Shown here: one piece after another, positions 59,578 through 64,000 of the stretch
How positions within the stretch are numbered: position 1 is the stretch's first letter
Layout of the letters: each line of letters starts with the position of its first letter
Assembly: GCA_963849385.1 (NCBI GenBank)
Contig: CAWKHH010000006.1
Location: 381,394-445,393 of the forward strand
DNA: 64,000 nucleotides
Direction of reading: 5' to 3'
Source of the DNA: Ignavibacteriota bacterium
Lineage (GTDB): Bacteria; Bacteroidota; Ignavibacteria; UBA10030; UBA6906
The notes under the pieces: model-generated
Seen by the model: only the letters and a program-made list of their open reading frames with translations
Database searches by the model: none
Told to the model about the DNA's origin: nothing
Position numbers and translations under genes: made by a program

Positions 59578-59603
59578 CAGCCCGGCTCTGATGAGCCGGG
59601 CTG
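59578..59603. terminator. bidirectional intrinsic terminator between the OMP gene and typA
   Basis: CAGCCCGGCTC-TGAT-GAGCCGGGCTG is a perfect 11-bp GC-rich stem, followed by TTGTGTTTCT and preceded by AAA. Confidence 0.75.
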
Positions 59604-59631
59604 TTGTGTTTCTACCCGTTGCCGGTCTCCA

Positions 59632-61470
59632 TCATCCCTCGGCTTCGTCTGCCTCAACAGCTTTCTTCATTATCCGCCTCCGTACATCTGCGTTGAGATG
59701 CTTCTTGCGGATCCTGATGGACTTCGGTGTCACTTCCACAAGTTCATCGTCGCCGATCCACTCAATGGCCTGTTCGAGCGTATGAATGTGCGGCGGTTCG
59801 AGGCGGACCGCCTCATCGGAGCCGGAGGCGCGCATGTTCGTGAGCTGTTTCGTCTTGCAGACGTTGACGGTCATGTCGTGCTCGCGGGCGTTCTCTCCCA
59901 CTACCATCCCTCCGTACACCTTCGTTCCGGGTGCGATAAAGAACACCGATCGTTCCTGAAGCTTCCACATCCCGTAGGCAACGGCCTCGCCGGCTTCCAT
60001 GGCCACCAGGGCGCCTTTGGTACGGTGGGTGAGATCGCCTTTGTACGGTTCGTATCCGTGAAAGTTGTGATGGAGTATGCCGGTACCCTTGGTTTGTGTC
60101 ATGAACTCCCCGCGGAAGCCGATCAGCCCGCGGGCAGGAACGACGAACTCAAGGCGGGTGTTCGCGTTGCTGCTCAGCATGTTCCTCATCTCGCCGCGGC
60201 GGCGGCCGAGGTTTTCGATCGTGACGCCCACAAATTCGTCCGGCACATCGATGATGACATGCTCCATTGGCTCGGAGAGCACATCGGCGATACGTTTGTA
60301 GATCACCTCCGGACGCGAGACCTGAAACTCGTATCCCTCGCGACGCATGGTCTCGATCAGGATTGCCAGATGCAGTTCACCGCGGCCGCTGACCTTGAAC
60401 GTATCCGGTGAATCGGTCAGCTCGATTCGCAAGCTCACATTCGAACGGAGTTCTTTCGTCAGCCGCTCGCTCAGATGCCGTGTCGTGACGTACTTCCCGT
60501 CGAGCCCGGCGAATGGAGAATTGTTCACGACAAAGTTCATGGAGAGCGTCGGCTCTTCGATGGCCACAAAGGGAAGAGCCGTGGGGTCCAACGCATCGGC
60601 AATGGTCTCGCCGATGTCGACGTCTTCCATCCCGGCCAGGGCAATGATGTCTCCCGCACCGGCCTCCTGCGCCTCCACGCGCTTCAACCCCTCAAACGTG
60701 TAGATCTTCGTGACGCGTGCATCTTCAACACTGCCGTCACGATGAATGATATTCATGGGCGCGCCGAGGCGAATCGTCCCGCGGTGTACCCGGCCGATCC
60801 CCAGACGCCCGAGATAGTCACTGTAGTCAATCGTGGTCACCAGCATCTGAAACGGGGAGGTCGCATCCCCCGGGGGCGGCGGAACATGGGTAACGATTGC
60901 ATCCAGCAGCGGCTTGAGGTTGACACTCTCCTGGTCCAGTTCGTTCTTCGCGATACCCTGTTTGGCAATGCAGTAGATGGTCGGGAAGTCAATTTGCTCG
61001 TCGGTGGCCCCGAGAGAGAGGAAGAGCTCGAATACATTGTCGAGCACTTCATGTGCCCGTGCGTCTTTCCTGTCGATCTTGTTGATGACGACAATCGGCT
61101 TGAGGTGAAGATCCAGCGATTTCTTCAGAACGAATTTGGTCCCGGGGAGCGGACCTTCCGCCGCATCGACAAGCAGGAGAACACCGTCGACCATGGTAAG
61201 CGTGCGTTCCACTTCTCCGCCGAAGTCGGCGTGCCCGGGAGTGTCAACGATGTTGATCTTCACGCCGTTGTAGTGTACGGAAGTGTTCTTGGCCAGAATA
61301 GTGATGCCGCGTTCCCGTTCCAGATCGTTGGAGTCCATCACCCGGGTGATGAGCTGCTGATTCGACCGGAAGGTCCCGGTCTGGCGGAGCATGTGATCCA
61401 CAAGCGTCGTCTTCCCGTGGTCGACGTGCGCGATAATGGCAATGTTCCGGATATCGTTCCTGAGCTGCAT
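59632..61470 (-). CDS. typA: translational GTPase TypA/BipA
   Basis: [31 protein letters not shown] and NKIDR G-motifs. 612 aa with EF-G-like domains. Confidence 0.92.
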   Translation of the reverse strand: MQLRNDIRNIAIIAHVDHGKTTLVDHMLRQTGTFRSNQQLITRVMDSNDLERERGITILAKNTSVHYNGVKINIVDTPGHADFGGEVERTLTMVDGVLLLVDAAEGPLPGTKFVLKKSLDLHLKPIVVINKIDRKDARAHEVLDNVFELFLSLGATDEQIDFPTIYCIAKQGIAKNELDQESVNLKPLLDAIVTHVPPPPGDATSPFQMLVTTIDYSDYLGRLGIGRVHRGTIRLGAPMNIIHRDGSVEDARVTKIYTFEGLKRVEAQEAGAGDIIALAGMEDVDIGETIADALDPTALPFVAIEEPTLSMNFVVNNSPFAGLDGKYVTTRHLSERLTKELRSNVSLRIELTDSPDTFKVSGRGELHLAILIETMRREGYEFQVSRPEVIYKRIADVLSEPMEHVIIDVPDEFVGVTIENLGRRRGEMRNMLSSNANTRLEFVVPARGLIGFRGEFMTQTKGTGILHHNFHGYEPYKGDLTHRTKGALVAMEAGEAVAYGMWKLQERSVFFIAPGTKVYGGMVVGENAREHDMTVNVCKTKQLTNMRASGSDEAVRLEPPHIHTLEQAIEWIGDDELVEVTPKSIRIRKKHLNADVRRRIMKKAVEADEAEG

Positions 61471-61701
61471 GGGTGTTACTCCTCACCACCGTACGTATGC
61501 AAAAAAAAGAGACCTCAGACTTGGGCAGCGTATCCGAGGTCGGGACTGGAGTGGCACTCGCCCGTTGTGAGGGTCACACGCACTCCGCGGTATATAAGAT
61601 GCGGAAAAAATGGGTGAATTTCAAATGCCCGCACCCCGGCCTTTTGCTTTTGACCGACCACGGCAGTATTTTGAGGGAAGCTCCTGGAAACCCGTCCAAT
61701 C

Positions 61702-62991
61702 ATGCCCACCACATCAAACACCAGAATACTCATCCCCGCTGTCATTTTCACCGGCATGGTGCTTGCTCTCCATACTGTGGTTACCTGCGGCATTGAGCTC
61801 TATGCCGCAGTGTTTGTGCTTTCCTCCGCCGTGTACATCTGGCTGGCAAAAGAAGTCCTGAACGCGGAGCTGGCCGAGAAGACTGTTCTCGCCCTCCTGG
61901 GTGTGGCCCTCCTGGTCCGTGCGACATTTCTCTTCGTCACCCCGGCGGGTTCGGATGATGTCTTCCGGTATCTCTGGGACGGCAAGGTGCAGGCGGCAGG
62001 TGTGAATCCCTACCTCTACGCTCCCAACGCTCCTGAACTTGCGTTTCTCAAATCGGACCTCCTTCCCGCTTTCGTGAATCACCCGGAGATGAAGACCGTC
62101 TACTTCCCGATCAGTCAGTGGATCTTCTACCTGAGCTTCACGCTGAGTGGAGAGGCCATATGGGGTTTCAAGCTTTTCCTGTTACTGGCAGAGGCCCTCA
62201 CATTCGCGGGGATCTGGCGGCTCACTCACACCCTGAGCGTGCCACGCGCGAGCGCGCTTTTGTACGCATTCTGTCCGCTCCCGATCGTGCAATTTGCCTA
62301 TGACGCGCATCTTGACGGACTTGGCCTCCCGCTTCTCGCGTTCGCTGTGGTGTATCATCTTGCGCACAGGCGAACCCTGTCGTTGCTTCTGCTCGGTGTG
62401 AGCATGGCAATCAAGCCCGTAGGACTTGTGCTGCTGCCGTTGTTCGTGCTCCGCGAAAGGAAGAGTGCGGCGAGGCTGTTGACTCTGGTCCTGCCGTTCT
62501 TGCCGTTTCTCCTGCAGTTTCTGCCGTATGTCGCGTCGTCAAACCCGTTTGACGGATTACTGACATTCAGCAGGCATTGGACATTCAATGGCATTGCCTT
62601 CGAAGCGACGAATGCCATCCTCTCCAACAACCTCCCTTCGCGACTCGTCTGCGGAGGGTGTCTTGTCGTTGGTCTTCTGACGCTCTACCGGGTATCGATG
62701 GAGTATATCTCCAAGATGTATCTCGCGGTGCTGTTGTTGCTGCTGTTCTCACCGGTGGTCCATCCGTGGTACATATGCTGGGTGTTGCTCTTCGTGCCCC
62801 TGGTGCGTCCGGTGTCGGGCATCATCTACGCATCAACAGCAAGTCTGACGGTGTTCACCGTGGTGCAGTACAAATTTTCCGGACTCTGGGAACAGCATCC
62901 GCTCGTATTGATCGCTGAGTACCTGCCTGTACTGCTGGCCCTGGGCGTGGAGCTGTGGAAGGCGAAACGCGGAAAAGCGGCGGGCGGTTAA
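61702..62991 (+). CDS. polytopic membrane glycosyltransferase-like protein (GT87 / DUF2029 / PIG-M-type mannosyltransferase-like)
   Basis: 429 aa with about 10 TM. The loop after TM1 reads SDDVFRYLWDGKVQAAGVNPY, typical of this family. Confidence 0.55.
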   Translation: MPTTSNTRILIPAVIFTGMVLALHTVVTCGIELYAAVFVLSSAVYIWLAKEVLNAELAEKTVLALLGVALLVRATFLFVTPAGSDDVFRYLWDGKVQAAGVNPYLYAPNAPELAFLKSDLLPAFVNHPEMKTVYFPISQWIFYLSFTLSGEAIWGFKLFLLLAEALTFAGIWRLTHTLSVPRASALLYAFCPLPIVQFAYDAHLDGLGLPLLAFAVVYHLAHRRTLSLLLLGVSMAIKPVGLVLLPLFVLRERKSAARLLTLVLPFLPFLLQFLPYVASSNPFDGLLTFSRHWTFNGIAFEATNAILSNNLPSRLVCGGCLVVGLLTLYRVSMEYISKMYLAVLLLLLFSPVVHPWYICWVLLFVPLVRPVSGIIYASTASLTVFTVVQYKFSGLWEQHPLVLIAEYLPVLLALGVELWKAKRGKAAGG

Positions 62992-64000
62992 TCGTGCATT
63001 GCCGTTGCAGGAACGATCATTTCTTTCATCGCTGCCGCCAGACGCCGGACGCCTTCGACAATTCTCTGTTCCGGCATATTGGAGAAGTTCAGGCGCATGG
63101 TGTTCTTCCGCTGGGTCGTCGGGAAGAATGAGTCGCCGGGAACAAATGCCACTCCCCTATCGAGTGAAACACGCAGGAGCTGACGCGCATCGACCTCCTC
63201 CGGCAATTCCAGCCAGAGGAAGAGTCCTCCTTGCGGATGGGTGACCTTGACACCCGGAGGCATCTCCGTCTCCAGGGCCAGCACCATTGCATCTCTGCGT
63301 TCACGGTACACTTCGCGCTTCCGCATGAGGTCCTGTTCCAGGTCGTGGGTGTCCATATACACTGAAGCAATCATTTGATCAAGCGTTGACGAATGCAGGT
63401 CGGCGGCCTGTTTGAGGATCACGAGTCTGTCGAGAAATGGTCTGCGTGCGGCAATCCACCCGATGCGCAGCCCCGGGCAGAAGATCTTGGAAAACGTTCC
63501 GAGTGAAATCACCAATCCGTCGTCCTTCATCGCCTGGATTGCATGCGGGGTCTCGCCCTCAAAGGTCAGTTCGCCATAGGGGTTGTCTTCGATGATCGGC
63601 ACATTGAAGCGTTGTGCCAGAGCCAGCAATCCCCTGCGGCGGGGGGTCGACCATGTCCGCCCCGTCGGATTCTGGTAGTTCGGCACGACATAGATCATCT
63701 GTACCCGGGTTTCCGTGCGCAGTGCATGTTCCAGCGCAGTGAGGTCCATGCCGTCGTCGTCGGTCGCGACTTCGACCCACCGGGGCTTGAACACATTGAA
63801 CGCCATGACCGCGCCGAGATAGGTGGGGCTTTCACAGATCACTGCATCCCCTTCGTCGATAAACAGCTTGGCGATCAGGTCGAGTCCCTGTTGCGAACCG
63901 GTGGTCACGAGTATCTCCTCCGCGTCCAGGCGTGTTGACCAGAGGGCGTTCATGCGTGTTGCGATCTGGTGGCGCAGCGGCTGATATCCTTCAGTGGGAG
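62988..64000 (-). CDS. PLP-dependent aminotransferase (class I/II fold, LysN/MocR-catalytic-domain-like); partial, N-terminus beyond right edge
   Basis: The frame stays open upstream of the Met at 63953 to the window edge (PTEGYQPLRHQIATR). Motifs LVTTGSQQGLDL, ESPTYLGA, NPTG and the PLP lysine block GTFSKIFCPGLRIGW. Confidence 0.8.
   Translation of the reverse strand, partial: PTEGYQPLRHQIATRMNALWSTRLDAEEILVTTGSQQGLDLIAKLFIDEGDAVICESPTYLGAVMAFNVFKPRWVEVATDDDGMDLTALEHALRTETRVQMIYVVPNYQNPTGRTWSTPRRRGLLALAQRFNVPIIEDNPYGELTFEGETPHAIQAMKDDGLVISLGTFSKIFCPGLRIGWIAARRPFLDRLVILKQAADLHSSTLDQMIASVYMDTHDLEQDLMRKREVYRERRDAMVLALETEMPPGVKVTHPQGGLFLWLELPEEVDARQLLRVSLDRGVAFVPGDSFFPTTQRKNTMRLNFSNMPEQRIVEGVRRLAAAMKEMIVPATAMHD

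Noticed and set aside
61566-61578. Palindrome TGTGAGGGTCACA upstream of typA as a further CRP-type box.
   Set aside because: The spacer is 3 nt rather than 6, so it is not the CRP/FNR geometry. It may simply be a small hairpin in the typA leader.
62988-62991. Convergent genes sharing overlapping stop codons (TTAA at 62988-62991; also a 13-nt overlap at 34079-34091).
   Set aside because: This is compact-genome packing that is common in bacteria, and no extra signal was seen.
1-64000. Looked for CRISPR arrays, transposases, integrases, phage genes, toxin-antitoxin pairs and known defence-system genes.
   Set aside because: I found no repeat-spacer arrays and no recognisable recombinase, phage or defence motifs on either strand. 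The WYL regulator is the only defence-associated family and it has no defence neighbours here.

Overview
GC-rich bacterial chromosomal window with dense, mostly minus-strand operon-like gene strings. I saw no rRNA, tRNA, CRISPR array, transposase, integrase or phage genes. All family calls come from reading motifs by eye; no searches were run. Three proteins carry Por/T9SS-type C-terminal sorting domains (NYPNPFNP...), and there are CarboxypepD_reg-type TonB-dependent receptors and an ECF sigma/FecR/STN-receptor unit. This suggests an FCB-group organism (Bacteroidota/Ignavibacteriota/Kapabacteria-like), which is inference only. Content from left to right: (1) 1-12.2 kb, a cytoplasmic glycan-processing cluster with a CUT1-type sugar ABC importer, a heparinase II/III-like protein, a CBM-bearing protein and a GH-like barrel. 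(2) 12.3-20 kb, an SGNH/TPR protein, an isoprenoid-synthase-like orphan, an enolase-superfamily enzyme and a T9SS-sorted S15-type hydrolase. (3) 20.2-28.7 kb, a PDZ / coiled-coil-NEW3 / ABC-ATPase / 2x ABC-2 permease operon, divergent from a histidine kinase and OmpR-type regulator. (4) An ArsR-DUF2087 regulator, a secreted GH2, a URO-D-like protein and a WYL regulator. (5) 34.1-40.8 kb, the most interesting locus: a membrane-anchored Fe-S flavoprotein, an outer-membrane beta-barrel, two multihaem c-type cytochromes with 36 CXXCH sites in total, and a membrane protein with two His-x13-His helices. This is a porin-cytochrome-like electron conduit candidate. (6) A serine-hydrolase remnant, a LigB-type dioxygenase, kdpED and queE. 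(7) 46.4-58.7 kb, two TonB-receptor loci with lipoproteins, a 606-aa OMP, T9SS cargo and the ECF/FecR pair. (8) A small OMP, typA, a GT87-like membrane protein and a partial aminotransferase. Caveat: at least about 20 single-base frame disruptions are visible, where native-looking protein sequence continues in another frame. They are concentrated in envelope genes. They may be long-read or homopolymer assembly errors or real decay, and I cannot tell which. The supplied ORF track omits the two ORFs that run off the window edges.
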